Assembly (NCBI GenBank): GCA_964534375.1
Contig: CAZHPN010000080.1
Span: forward strand, 1 to 25,080
Reading direction: 5' to 3'
From: an uncultured bacterium
Lineage (GTDB): Bacteria > Lernaellota > Lernaellaia > Lernaellales > Lernaellaceae
DNA length: 25,080 nucleotides
Part shown: positions 8,840 to 17,747 of the stretch, in pieces
Layout: each line of letters starts with the position of its first letter
Position numbering within the stretch: position 1 is the first letter of the stretch
The notes under the pieces: model-generated
What the model saw: the letters and a program-made list of their open reading frames with translations, nothing else
Database searches by the model: none
Told to the model about the DNA's origin: nothing
Translations under genes and position numbers: made by a program

Positions 8840-8998
8840 ATGTGGCTCTTGATTCTCTTAATTCTCCTCTTCGTGCTGTCGATCGGCGGCGGCGGGTGGG
8901 GATATTCGCGTTACTCCTACTGGAGCTTGTCACCGGCCGCCGTCATTCTGATCGTGGTCATGGCGCTGGTCTTCACCGGCCATCTCCACTGGATGTGA
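8840..8998 (+). CDS. Small two-helix membrane protein, DUF3309-like
   Basis: GGAGG RBS. MWLLILLILLFVLSIGGGGWGYSRY...VILIVVMALVFTG has two hydrophobic segments around a GWGYSR loop. Confidence 0.75.
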   Translation: MWLLILLILLFVLSIGGGGWGYSRYSYWSLSPAAVILIVVMALVFTGHLHWM

Positions 8999-9086
8999 TC
9001 GCGGCGCGGAATTTGCGGTCGAACGACGCGGCGTGGCCGGCAACTTACCTTGCTAAAAGAGATCGGCCGTGACGCGGGAGATCCAG

Positions 9087-10256
9087 ATGGCCGCGAGCAA
9101 GACGAAAAATAGCGAAACGCCGCCGTCCTACCGTGTGTGCCAGGACGATTCGCACGCGCCCGAAAGGACCATTTCGCTGGCCGGCCGTCTGGCGCTGGCC
9201 GACGCGAACCGAATTCATGTGGACCTTTTGAAGGGCTTGGAGGGCGGCGCTTTCGAGAGTTTGACGTTGGATCTTTCGGGCGTCGAATACCTCGACAGCG
9301 CCGTGATGGCGGTCGTCTTCGAGATCGAGCGAGTCGCGAAAGAGGACGGCAAAAAATTCCAACTCAGCGGCCCCTCGGAAGCCATCAAGGGCCTGATTGC
9401 TCTGGTCGATCCCGAAAAACTGACGGCCGCCGCCACTGCTGCAAAAAAGCCGAAGCCCGAGCGGATGCTGGCGCAGATCGGCGGCGGCGCGTTGAGCTTT
9501 CTCGCAGACGCGCGCGCTTTCATCGTTTTCGTCGGCGACGCGGCCATCGCCATGGCGGGTTCGATCCTTCATCCCGGGTCGGTCCGCTGGCGGGACACGC
9601 TTCTTCATGCCGAGCGCGCCGGCGCCGACGCCCTGTCGCTCGTCGGGCTCGTGTCGCTCCTCTTGGGGTTGATCCTCGGTTTCCAAGCGCTGATTCAACT
9701 CAAACAGTTCGGCGCGAACATCTACGCGGCCGACCTCGTCGGCCTCTCCGTGCTTCGCGAACTCGGACCGCTCATGACCTGCATTCTGGTCGCGGGCCGT
9801 TCGGGCAGCGCCTTCGCCGCGGAGATCGGGACGATGGAGGTCAACGAGGAAGTTGACGCCCTGACGACCATGGGCTTCGACCCCGTGCGCTTCCTCGCCG
9901 TGCCGCGCATCGTGGCGCTGACGTGCGTGGTCCCCGTGCTGACGATTTATGCGGGTTTCCTTGGCTTGCTCGGCGGCCTGATCGTCGGGGTCGGAATGGG
10001 CGACCTGACCGTCAGCGCGTATCTGATCCAAAGCCAAAAGGCGATCCATTTGTGGGACATCGGCCAGGGCCTGATCAAGTGTGAGGTCTACGCGATCGTC
10101 GTCGGGCTCGTCGGCTGCATGCGCGGCTTCCAGGCGCGTGGCAGCGCCGCCAGCGTCGGCCGGGCCACGACCAGCGCCGTCGTCACCGGGATCTTCCTGA
10201 TCATCGTCGTCGATGCGGTCCTGACCCTGATGTTTCAATACTTTGGGCGAGGCTAA
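9087..10256 (+). CDS. mlaE: MlaE-family ABC permease with an N-terminal STAS domain
   Basis: STAS motif LTLDLSGVEYLDSA. MlaE motifs LRELGPLMT.ILVAGRSGSAFAAEIGTM.VNEEVDAL..MG.DP..FL..PR and VGRATTSAVV. Confidence 0.93.
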   Translation: MAASKTKNSETPPSYRVCQDDSHAPERTISLAGRLALADANRIHVDLLKGLEGGAFESLTLDLSGVEYLDSAVMAVVFEIERVAKEDGKKFQLSGPSEAIKGLIALVDPEKLTAAATAAKKPKPERMLAQIGGGALSFLADARAFIVFVGDAAIAMAGSILHPGSVRWRDTLLHAERAGADALSLVGLVSLLLGLILGFQALIQLKQFGANIYAADLVGLSVLRELGPLMTCILVAGRSGSAFAAEIGTMEVNEEVDALTTMGFDPVRFLAVPRIVALTCVVPVLTIYAGFLGLLGGLIVGVGMGDLTVSAYLIQSQKAIHLWDIGQGLIKCEVYAIVVGLVGCMRGFQARGSAASVGRATTSAVVTGIFLIIVVDAVLTLMFQYFGRG

Positions 10257-10726
10257 CGGTCACGAATCGGCTACGGGGTCAAGTTCTGTCCGCGTGAGTT
10301 CAATCCAAAAGGAGACGAACGGTTGCAGTGGCTGGAAACCTTCGTTAAATGAAAGAGCAGGTTCCGGGTCTCAGGTTCCCACCCACAAGGGGCTGCCATC
10401 CTTGACGGACAGCCTGAAATGATTCCCGCTCACACCTGCCGATTCAATAATCGGACCCCGCACGGCCGTTGTCAACTGCAATTTGCCCCAGCCGCAAAGC
10501 AACCGGCGAAACCGCCCGCTTTGTCTCCTGGCGCGCAACTGTTCACTGCTCACTGTTCGTTCACTGCCCGTTTTATTCCCGCGCCGCGCCGGCTTGGAAA
10601 CAGACGGCGCCTTGGCCCGCGGCGGGCCAAAACCGAAAAGCGCGGGGAGTTGAGTATTGCGTCCCTACGGAAATTCCCCGACGTGTACGCAAATCGTAAT
10701 ATCGCCGAAGTAAATTTAGAAACGAA

Positions 10727-11536
10727 TCACCACGCGAGCGCCTCGGGGGCGTCGCCAAATAATTTGGCGAGCGCAGGGATTTTGTCGTGCTGGCGTTTCA
10801 TCTCGAACCACACATAAGGGTGAGGCCTCTTTCTGATTTTGTTTTTGACCTCATCGGCGCGATCAACGTTCTTCCTTTTTTCCTTTGCGGCAATGTAGTT
10901 CTTCAACAAAGCTTCAAATGCCTCGTAGGCCGATTGCCGTGCGTCGCGCAAATACGCGCGCTTTTCAAAACCCAGAAGTTCCAAAGTGTATTCAGCGCGT
11001 TGGCGATCCAATCTGCTAAGCCCTTCCCGGGGCACGATTGCGAACGTTGCCGAAAGATCGAGATAAAGAAAACGCGTTGGATCCTCCTGCCGAGGATTGA
11101 TAAACGCGGAAGGGCCTTTTGGCGGTCGTGCCGGCGGCTCACCTGTTGTTCTTTCGAGTCGCTCGATCTCTCGCTTCGACCGATCAACCACTGCAGTTTT
11201 CGCAAGTTTCCGCTTGTTGCAAATTCCGCACGAATATAGGAAGTTTTCCCAATCAAACACGATATCAGGATAGAACGACTTGGGCCGGATATGGTCGACT
11301 TCGTCCGCCGCGCTGTCTTCGCAGTAGCCGCACCGTTGCGGCCCAGCGCACATTTCAGCGAGCTTGGCCCGTACGACGGCGAACGTCGGATTGTTTTTCT
11401 TGTTTTTTTTCTTCCAATCGGTCTGCGCTTTCTCTATTCGTCTTTCGTAATTCTTTACGGCAGAAACGTCTCGCTGCCAAACGCGAAGCTGGCGGTTCAC
11501 GTTGTCCGGAAGGTCAACGTCGTGAAGTCGGATCAT
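10727..11536 (-). CDS. HNH endonuclease (PtuB-like)
   Basis: RCGYCE...DEVDHIRPKS.YP...FDWENFLYSCGICNKRK and FINP..EDP motifs. Overlaps the ATPase stop (ATGA). Confidence 0.88.
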   Translation of the reverse strand: MIRLHDVDLPDNVNRQLRVWQRDVSAVKNYERRIEKAQTDWKKKNKKNNPTFAVVRAKLAEMCAGPQRCGYCEDSAADEVDHIRPKSFYPDIVFDWENFLYSCGICNKRKLAKTAVVDRSKREIERLERTTGEPPARPPKGPSAFINPRQEDPTRFLYLDLSATFAIVPREGLSRLDRQRAEYTLELLGFEKRAYLRDARQSAYEAFEALLKNYIAAKEKRKNVDRADEVKNKIRKRPHPYVWFEMKRQHDKIPALAKLFGDAPEALAW

Positions 11537-12837
11537 TTCCTGGCCGTGCGCTTGGTCTTCTCAAGTGAAATCGCCGACGACATGCTGGGAAGCGTCGCAC
11601 GCAAATTTACCTGCTCCGTTTTTTGCTGTTTCGTCAAGCTGCCGAACAGTTCCTTTTGGTTTAGTTCGGCTAACCGGCTAACCATGCGTCGACCGCTTTC
11701 CGACTGTTCGACGCCTTCGCCGAAGTCCTCAGTTGCGTAGGCGTCGAGAACCGATCCATAGATAATTCTGTTCAACTCGGAACCTTCGAGCATTTGTCCC
11801 GTGTCGCCCGATCCCGGTCGCGGCAAACGAAAAACAGTGCCCTTTTCAGCCGCGCGACACACCAGCGGACTATGCGTGGTCACGATGAACTGGACCTTAG
11901 GGAAATGTTTGCAAAACCAATACCCGATCTTCTGTTGCCACGTTGGATGCAGGTGCGCGTCGATTTCGTCAATTAACACGACGCCGGGCATCCTAATCTG
12001 CGACGGGTTCTTTTCGTTGAAAATCATTCGTCTCATCTTCGCCGGCGAATGAAAAATAGAATAGACCTCGTACATTTGCCTTATCAATTCGAATGTCATA
12101 CTCAAGATCGAACGATAGCCATCGCTTAGATCTTCAACCGAAACGCGACAACCGTTGCCGTCAACAAAATAGACCGCGTCGGAGCTAATGCCATCCAGCC
12201 GCACTTGATGGGGCAAGAAGCCTTCTTGATTTACAAATTTCTTTAAGCTTTCCAAGAACTGGTAATCGTCGTCCGTCTTTGTTTCCAAAACCCGATATTG
12301 AAGTTTCTGTAACCACGATATGCATTCCGACAACGCAACGTTTTCGCCAAAAACTGTAAGGTGACGGGCCAAAATAGGGTTCGAATAATAGAGTTTTTCG
12401 GCTTCCTTATCACCGCCCGCGAACCGTCGAAAAGGCCCGTAAGCTGCCGTAAACCATTCGTCATATAGAAACGCGGACGTGATGCCTTCAAAAATCGGCA
12501 AAACGGAGTTACGGGGGGGCTTTCGGGTTAGTTTTACGGTGGCAGGGTATTCGGGAGACATACGCCGCCGATCTGCGGGAGGCTTGTCGTCCCAAACCGA
12601 GATTTTGATCCTTCCTGATTTTTCATCTCCTCGAAGCCAGTCATCCCATTTTTGCCTGGAAGCCGCCGCTTCCGATTCACCGATCATAGCCAGCGTAATC
12701 GCTCGAACAACTGTTGTTTTCCCTGAGCCGTTGTCCCCGATGATTACGTGCCAGCCGGGCGCTTTCTTCGGTGAAATGCGCCAGTGCAATTTTTCGATGG
12801 AACGAATGTTTTCGATGTCGACTTTGGTAATGTACAT
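11533..12837 (-). CDS. ABC/AAA-type ATPase (PtuA-like), putative anti-phage effector
   Basis: MYITKVDIENIRSI start, Walker A GDNGSGKT, signature LSDGY, Walker B/D-loop VLIDEIDAHLHPTWQ, and H-loop QFIVTTHSP. Visibly more AT-rich than the flanks. Confidence 0.88.
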   Translation of the reverse strand: MYITKVDIENIRSIEKLHWRISPKKAPGWHVIIGDNGSGKTTVVRAITLAMIGESEAAASRQKWDDWLRGDEKSGRIKISVWDDKPPADRRRMSPEYPATVKLTRKPPRNSVLPIFEGITSAFLYDEWFTAAYGPFRRFAGGDKEAEKLYYSNPILARHLTVFGENVALSECISWLQKLQYRVLETKTDDDYQFLESLKKFVNQEGFLPHQVRLDGISSDAVYFVDGNGCRVSVEDLSDGYRSILSMTFELIRQMYEVYSIFHSPAKMRRMIFNEKNPSQIRMPGVVLIDEIDAHLHPTWQQKIGYWFCKHFPKVQFIVTTHSPLVCRAAEKGTVFRLPRPGSGDTGQMLEGSELNRIIYGSVLDAYATEDFGEGVEQSESGRRMVSRLAELNQKELFGSLTKQQKTEQVNLRATLPSMSSAISLEKTKRTARK

Positions 12838-13206
12838 AGCTTTCCCCGGCGCAAATCCAGAACGTTCTGACTCATCGACTATAATGCCTATGTACCGCAA
12901 GCGCATGAACGAAGTCAATCTGGACGAAAACGCGTCGAAACAAGCCGCGATAGCCGGCTAGACGCAAAAAGTCGCGCACCGCGGTTGCGGAACCCGTTCC
13001 ACTTGGGCGGAAATAAAGGGATTCGACCGCTCGGTACGCTTCTGACGTGCCCACCCACACTTACTCCCCCGCGTCCGATTGAAACTTTGGCGTGATTTCT
13101 GCTTTCCGCGCGACCGGAAAGACCGATGCGAGCGCATTAAACGTCGCGGCCGATCCCGCGTCAATACCGGCCGGCCGTTCCAGGCCGCCGATTCGCATAG
13201 CGCCAC

Positions 13207-13329
13207 ATCATTATGATCGATGTTGAATCATATTGATGAAATGCGCCTGCGACAGTTTCGGCGGTTCATCCTTTAAAGTCCCGAATTCCCAGCACTTACG
13301 TGACCTCGCGGGAATGGCACGAGGCTTGA
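13207..13329 (+). promoter_or_regulatory. sigma54 promoter cassette copy 6 (-12 element reads TTGA)
   Basis: ATCATTATGAT 13207-13217; ATCATATTGAT 13227-13237; GCACTTA 13292-13298; TGGCACGAGGCTTGA with GG 13316-17. Confidence 0.85.
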
Positions 13330-13387
13330 AAGAAACGGAACACGAGATCTGTCGAAGCCGCGAGGCTGACAGGAGGAGAGGATTACA

Positions 13388-14269
13388 TTGGTCGAAGCTG
13401 AAGGGAAACGCGACGCGCCAGCGGCGGCTGACACCGCTGCACCGCCGGCCGCTCCAACCGACGCCGCGCCGACCGGCGAGCGCCCGGTCATCGTCCAGGT
13501 GCGGAACGTGGTCGTGCGCTACGGCGAGGCGACGATTTTGGACGGGGTGAGCTTCGACATCCGCGAGGGCGAAATATTCGCGATCCTCGGCGGCTCGGGG
13601 TGCGGCAAGAGCACGCTGCTCCGGCAGCTCATCGGCCTCGAAAGACCCGCGGCGGGCAACGTGCTCATCGACGGCGACGACATTTCGGCGGCGGAAGGCA
13701 AGGAGCAGGAAAAGATCCTGCGGAAGATCGGCATTCTGTTTCAAAACGGCGCGCTGTTGGGCTCGATGACCGTGGCCGAAAATATTTCGCTGCGCCTGCT
13801 CGAATATTCCGACCTCCCGCCGGCGATCATCGACGTCATCGTCCGCATGAAACTCTCGATGGTCGGCCTGGAAGACATTGAATACGACATGCCCAGCGAG
13901 CTTTCGGGCGGCATGAAAAAACGGGCGGCGCTGGCGCGGGCGCTCGCCATGGACCCGCGGATACTTTTTTGCGACGAGCCGTCGTCCGGTCTCGACCCGA
14001 TCAGCGCCGCGGAACTCGACAATCTGCTGATCCAGCTCAATCGCTCGCTGGGCGTGACGATCGTCGTGGTGACGCACGATCTCGCCTCGATCGCGGCCAT
14101 CGCGCACCGCGCCATCATGCTGGACAAATCGGTGAAGAAAATCATCGCCGAGGGCAAACCCGCCGACCTCAAAGAACACAGCGACAACCTATTGGTGAAA
14201 AACTTCTTCAACCGGGTGGCCGAAAGCGGGGAGAACCTCAATATCCGGCCCGGGAAGGAAAAGCGATAA
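13388..14269 (+). CDS. mlaF: MlaF-family ABC transporter ATP-binding protein
   Basis: GGSGCGKS, IGILFQNGALLGSMTV, PSELSGGMKKRAALARALA, DEPSSGLDP and VVTHDL motifs. AGGAGG RBS and TTG start. Confidence 0.93.
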   Translation: MVEAEGKRDAPAAADTAAPPAAPTDAAPTGERPVIVQVRNVVVRYGEATILDGVSFDIREGEIFAILGGSGCGKSTLLRQLIGLERPAAGNVLIDGDDISAAEGKEQEKILRKIGILFQNGALLGSMTVAENISLRLLEYSDLPPAIIDVIVRMKLSMVGLEDIEYDMPSELSGGMKKRAALARALAMDPRILFCDEPSSGLDPISAAELDNLLIQLNRSLGVTIVVVTHDLASIAAIAHRAIMLDKSVKKIIAEGKPADLKEHSDNLLVKNFFNRVAESGENLNIRPGKEKR

Positions 14270-15114
14270 TGTCGGCCGAAACGCATAAATTCAAAGTCGG
14301 ACTTTTCGTCGTGGGCGGGGTCGTGATTATCGCCGCCGGCCTGATCTGGCTAGGGGCCACGAAATTCTTTTCGGCGACGAAACCTTACGTCACCTACATC
14401 AACGAATCGGTGCAAGGCCTCGACGTCGGCTCGGCCGTGAAATTCATGGGCGTTTCCGTCGGGACCACGACCGCGATCAAAGTCGCGCCGGACGGCAAAC
14501 TGGTGGAAATCCGCATGGAAATGCGGAAGGATTTCCGCCGGCAACCGGATATGCTGGCCGAACTGGCCATGGCCGGAATCACCGGGATGAAGTTCATCGA
14601 GATCACGCGCGACGCGGAAGCAAAAGTGACGCCGCTCGATTTTCCGCCGGCGGGCGACTACATTCCGGCGAAGACTTCCCCCACGCAGAAGATTCTCGAC
14701 GAGGTCGGCGTCATCGCCGCGAAGCTGGAGCAGGTCGACTTCGCGGGGATCAGCGACGAAACGAAGAAAACCATCGCGACCATCGGCGACGCGGCCGACC
14801 GGCTGAAGTACCTGCTCGACAAAAGCGCGACGGAAGACACCATCGACGAGATCGCGGCGACGCTCAACGAAATCAAGGCCGCCGGCGCCGAGGTGAAGGG
14901 CGCAATGACCGAAATTCACAAGACGGTCTTCAATTTCAACCAGACGTTCGAGCGCGTGAACGACGAAGTCACGGCCACGCTGATCAATCTGCGCAACACC
15001 AGCGCCAACCTGTCGCGCATTACCGAGCAGATCAGCGAAGACCCCGCGCAATCGTTCCTCGGCCGGCCGGCGCCGGAGCGGGGCGGCGCCTCGACGAAGG
15101 AGGACGAACGATGA
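14269..15114 (+). CDS. mlaD: MlaD/MCE-domain protein with helical C-terminus
   Basis: N-terminal TM FKVGLFVVGG and MCE motif ESVQGLDVGSAVKFMGVSVG...GITGMKFIEI. Coupled to mlaF by TAATG. Confidence 0.92.
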   Translation: MSAETHKFKVGLFVVGGVVIIAAGLIWLGATKFFSATKPYVTYINESVQGLDVGSAVKFMGVSVGTTTAIKVAPDGKLVEIRMEMRKDFRRQPDMLAELAMAGITGMKFIEITRDAEAKVTPLDFPPAGDYIPAKTSPTQKILDEVGVIAAKLEQVDFAGISDETKKTIATIGDAADRLKYLLDKSATEDTIDEIAATLNEIKAAGAEVKGAMTEIHKTVFNFNQTFERVNDEVTATLINLRNTSANLSRITEQISEDPAQSFLGRPAPERGGASTKEDER

Positions 15115-15773
15115 AACGCGTTTGGGCCGTAGGCGCAGTTCTCGTCCTGGCGACGTTCCTGGGCGGCGTGGCCTGCATCAGCGTCACCCGGCCCTACAAG
15201 GAAGTCTTCGATTACCAGATCGTCTACGACGCGCCCGCGCCGGCGACCGGCCTGCCGTTCAAGAACGTCGTGGTGCGCATCGCGCCGTTCAGCGTCGCGC
15301 CCGCTTTCGACAAACGAAAGATCATGTATTCGACCGGCGCGAATCGGTTTGCCGTTTACCAATATCACTCGTGGATCTCGAGTCCGGGCGATATGCTGAC
15401 CGACCTTTTGATCCGCGACATGATTGCGTCCGGCTGCTACGAGGCGGTGATCGACCTGCGGGGCTCGATCGTGCCGCAGTATCAACTCGAAGGCGTCGTC
15501 GAGCAGATCTACGAGAAAACCGAGGGCGACGTGTGGTGGTCGACGCTGCGCCTGCGCGGCCTGTTCTTCGCCTACGGCGCGGACGGCGGCAAGCAGGTGC
15601 TGTTCCAGCGGGTCTACCAAAAGGAAGTCCGAACCGCCGGGCACGAGCCGGGCGACATTGTCGCTGCGATGGGCGAGGCCGCAAAGGCGATTTCGATCGA
15701 AGTGCAGCGCGACGTCAACGCGGCAGTCGCGACGTACGAAGGTCAAAAACCTCCCGACAAGCCGAAAGAGTAA
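15111..15773 (+). CDS. ABC-type transport auxiliary lipoprotein (PqiC-like)
   Basis: Lipobox GVAC and motif FDKRKIMY...YQYHSWISSPGDML. Usual position after mlaD, with ATGA overlap. Confidence 0.82.
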   Translation: MKRVWAVGAVLVLATFLGGVACISVTRPYKEVFDYQIVYDAPAPATGLPFKNVVVRIAPFSVAPAFDKRKIMYSTGANRFAVYQYHSWISSPGDMLTDLLIRDMIASGCYEAVIDLRGSIVPQYQLEGVVEQIYEKTEGDVWWSTLRLRGLFFAYGADGGKQVLFQRVYQKEVRTAGHEPGDIVAAMGEAAKAISIEVQRDVNAAVATYEGQKPPDKPKE

Positions 15774-15791
15774 CCGCAACCCGGCGGCGCC

Positions 15792-15915
15792 CTCATTTTG
15801 ATCGATGATGGATCAGATTGATGAAGTGCGCCGGCGCTCTAATCAGCCGGCTTTTTTCGTAAGACTGGGAAATCGGGCACTTAGGTGCGGGCGGGCTCAT
15901 GGCACGACGCGTGCA
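15792..15915 (+). promoter_or_regulatory. sigma54 promoter cassette copy 7
   Basis: CTCATTTTGAT 15792-15802; ATCAGATTGAT 15812-15822; AATCGGGCACTTA 15871-15883; TGGCACGACGCGTGCA with GG 15901-02 and GC 15913-14. Confidence 0.9.
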
Positions 15916-15943
15916 GACTCATTGAACAAAAGGGGTTATCGCA

Positions 15944-17731
15944 ATGAAATGTAGAAATTGGTTTGCATTGGTTTTCTTGGCCACGGTGCTGCTCGCTGGC
16001 CCCGGCGCCTGCGGCAGTTCCAACAGCAGCAATCACGCTGCGAGCGCGACCGACGACGATGCTTCTCCAGCCGACGATGACGATTCGACGGCCGACGACG
16101 ACGCCAGTTCGGCGCCCATCGTCATCTCGACGATCCCTGCCGCCGGCGCCACGGACGTCGCGGTCAACGAGGCCGTCACCGCCGCCTTCAACGAGCCGAT
16201 GGACCCCGCGACGATCGATGCGGCCACGTTCACGCTGCTTCGCGGATCGACGCCCGTTGCCGGGGCGGTCACCTGCGTTGGCGCGACCGCGCTCTTCACC
16301 TTGACAACCAATCTCGACCCGAACACCAAGTATACGGCGACGATCACGACCGGAGCCCAAGACGCGGCGGGGAATCCGCTGGCGAGCAGCTTTGTATGGA
16401 ACTTCACGACCGGCGCCGCATCCGACACTACCCGCCCCGCAATCGTCTCGACGAACCCGGAGAACGAGGCAACAAATGTGGCCTTGAACGCGAAGGTGTC
16501 CGCCGCTTTCAGTGAGGCGATGGACCCCCTCACGCTCACCACGGACACCTTCACGTTGTTTGATGGGACGACGCCTGTCGCCGGGGCGGTAACTTGCGTC
16601 GCCGCTGCCGCGCTCTTTGCGCCGACAGCCAACTTGGCCCCCAGCACCCTTTACACGGCCACGATTACGACCGGGGTCACGGACCTTTCGGGCAATGCGC
16701 TGGCTGCCGATTACGTGTGGAGTTTCACCACCGGAACGGCGTCGGACGCGACGCGCCCCACCGTCGTCTCGACCAACCCTTTGAACAACGCGACGGACGT
16801 GGCGCTCAACGCGACCGTGAACGCCACCTTCAGTCAGGCCATGGACCCCCTGACGATCACGGCGGCGGCATTCACGGTGACGGGGCCGGGCGGCGCCGCG
16901 GTGGCGGGGATGGTCGTCTACAATGCCTTGAGCCTGATCGGCTCGTTTACGCCGAACAGCGACCTCCTGCCGACGACAACGTATACGGCGACGATTACCA
17001 CCGCCGTTACGGACCTGGCGGGCAACGCGCTGGCCGTGGATTACGTGTGGAGTTTTTCGACCGGAACAACCGCCGGCAATCTAACGCCCGTCAACCTCGG
17101 ATCGTTGAGCACGTTCGTGGCCGTGGCCGGCGCCGGCCTGACCAATTCCAACTCGGGCGGCATCACCACATTGAATGGCGACGTCGGGTTGTACCCCACG
17201 GCGACGTGCCTTGGCGACGGCGCGCCCTGCACGGCGACCGATCCGATCATCAACGGGACGTTGTACGCGGACGATCCCGCGGGCGTGGCCGCCCAGGCGA
17301 AAACGGATTTGACGGCCGCGTATGTCGACGCCATGTCGCGGCCGGCAGGCACGATAGTCAATGACATTTCCGGGATGGTCCTGGCCCCCGGCGTTTACAC
17401 CTCCGATTCCACCATGAGCATCGCCGTGGGCGGGACGGTCACGCTCGACGGCCAGGGCGACGCGAATGGCGTCTGGATCTTCCAGATCGGGTCGTCGTTC
17501 ACCGTGAACAACGGCGCCCAGGTTCTGTTGATCAACGGCGCCAACGCCAACAATGTGTACTGGGCGATCTTCGCGTCATCGACGCTGGGATCGAACGTCA
17601 GCTTCCAAGGCGACATTCTGGCTGGCGCCTCGAACTCGGTGGGCGTCGGCTCGGTGGTAACCGGCAGGCTCTTGTGCACGACCGGACAGATCACCCTTTT
17701 GCACAATACCATCACGCTGCCGCCCTTCTGA
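15944..17731 (+). CDS. Lipoprotein with three Ig-like (Big_5/SbsA-type) domains and a C-terminal DUF3494 ice-binding domain
   Basis: Lipobox GAC and three repeats P..VST.P...AT.VA.N..V.A.F...MDP...Y.ATITT...D..GN.LA...VW.F.T. DUF3494 motifs VNLGS...F, A..DL..AY.DA, LAPGVY, VTLDGQGDANGVWIFQIGS and NVYW. Confidence 0.9.
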   Translation: MKCRNWFALVFLATVLLAGPGACGSSNSSNHAASATDDDASPADDDDSTADDDASSAPIVISTIPAAGATDVAVNEAVTAAFNEPMDPATIDAATFTLLRGSTPVAGAVTCVGATALFTLTTNLDPNTKYTATITTGAQDAAGNPLASSFVWNFTTGAASDTTRPAIVSTNPENEATNVALNAKVSAAFSEAMDPLTLTTDTFTLFDGTTPVAGAVTCVAAAALFAPTANLAPSTLYTATITTGVTDLSGNALAADYVWSFTTGTASDATRPTVVSTNPLNNATDVALNATVNATFSQAMDPLTITAAAFTVTGPGGAAVAGMVVYNALSLIGSFTPNSDLLPTTTYTATITTAVTDLAGNALAVDYVWSFSTGTTAGNLTPVNLGSLSTFVAVAGAGLTNSNSGGITTLNGDVGLYPTATCLGDGAPCTATDPIINGTLYADDPAGVAAQAKTDLTAAYVDAMSRPAGTIVNDISGMVLAPGVYTSDSTMSIAVGGTVTLDGQGDANGVWIFQIGSSFTVNNGAQVLLINGANANNVYWAIFASSTLGSNVSFQGDILAGASNSVGVGSVVTGRLLCTTGQITLLHNTITLPPF

Positions 17732-17747
17732 TTTGCTGGGAGGAATC

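Noticed and set aside
9039..9053. Possible sigma54 promoter directly before mlaE (GGCAACTTACCTTGC)
   Set aside because: Spacing is GG-N11-GC rather than N10, and there is no UAS or IHF box. mlaE is more simply read from cassette 5.
10257..13206. Retron (type I-A) associated with the ATPase-HNH pair
   Set aside because: No reverse transcriptase ORF is adjacent, and I could not identify an msr-msd inverted-repeat structure in the flanks.
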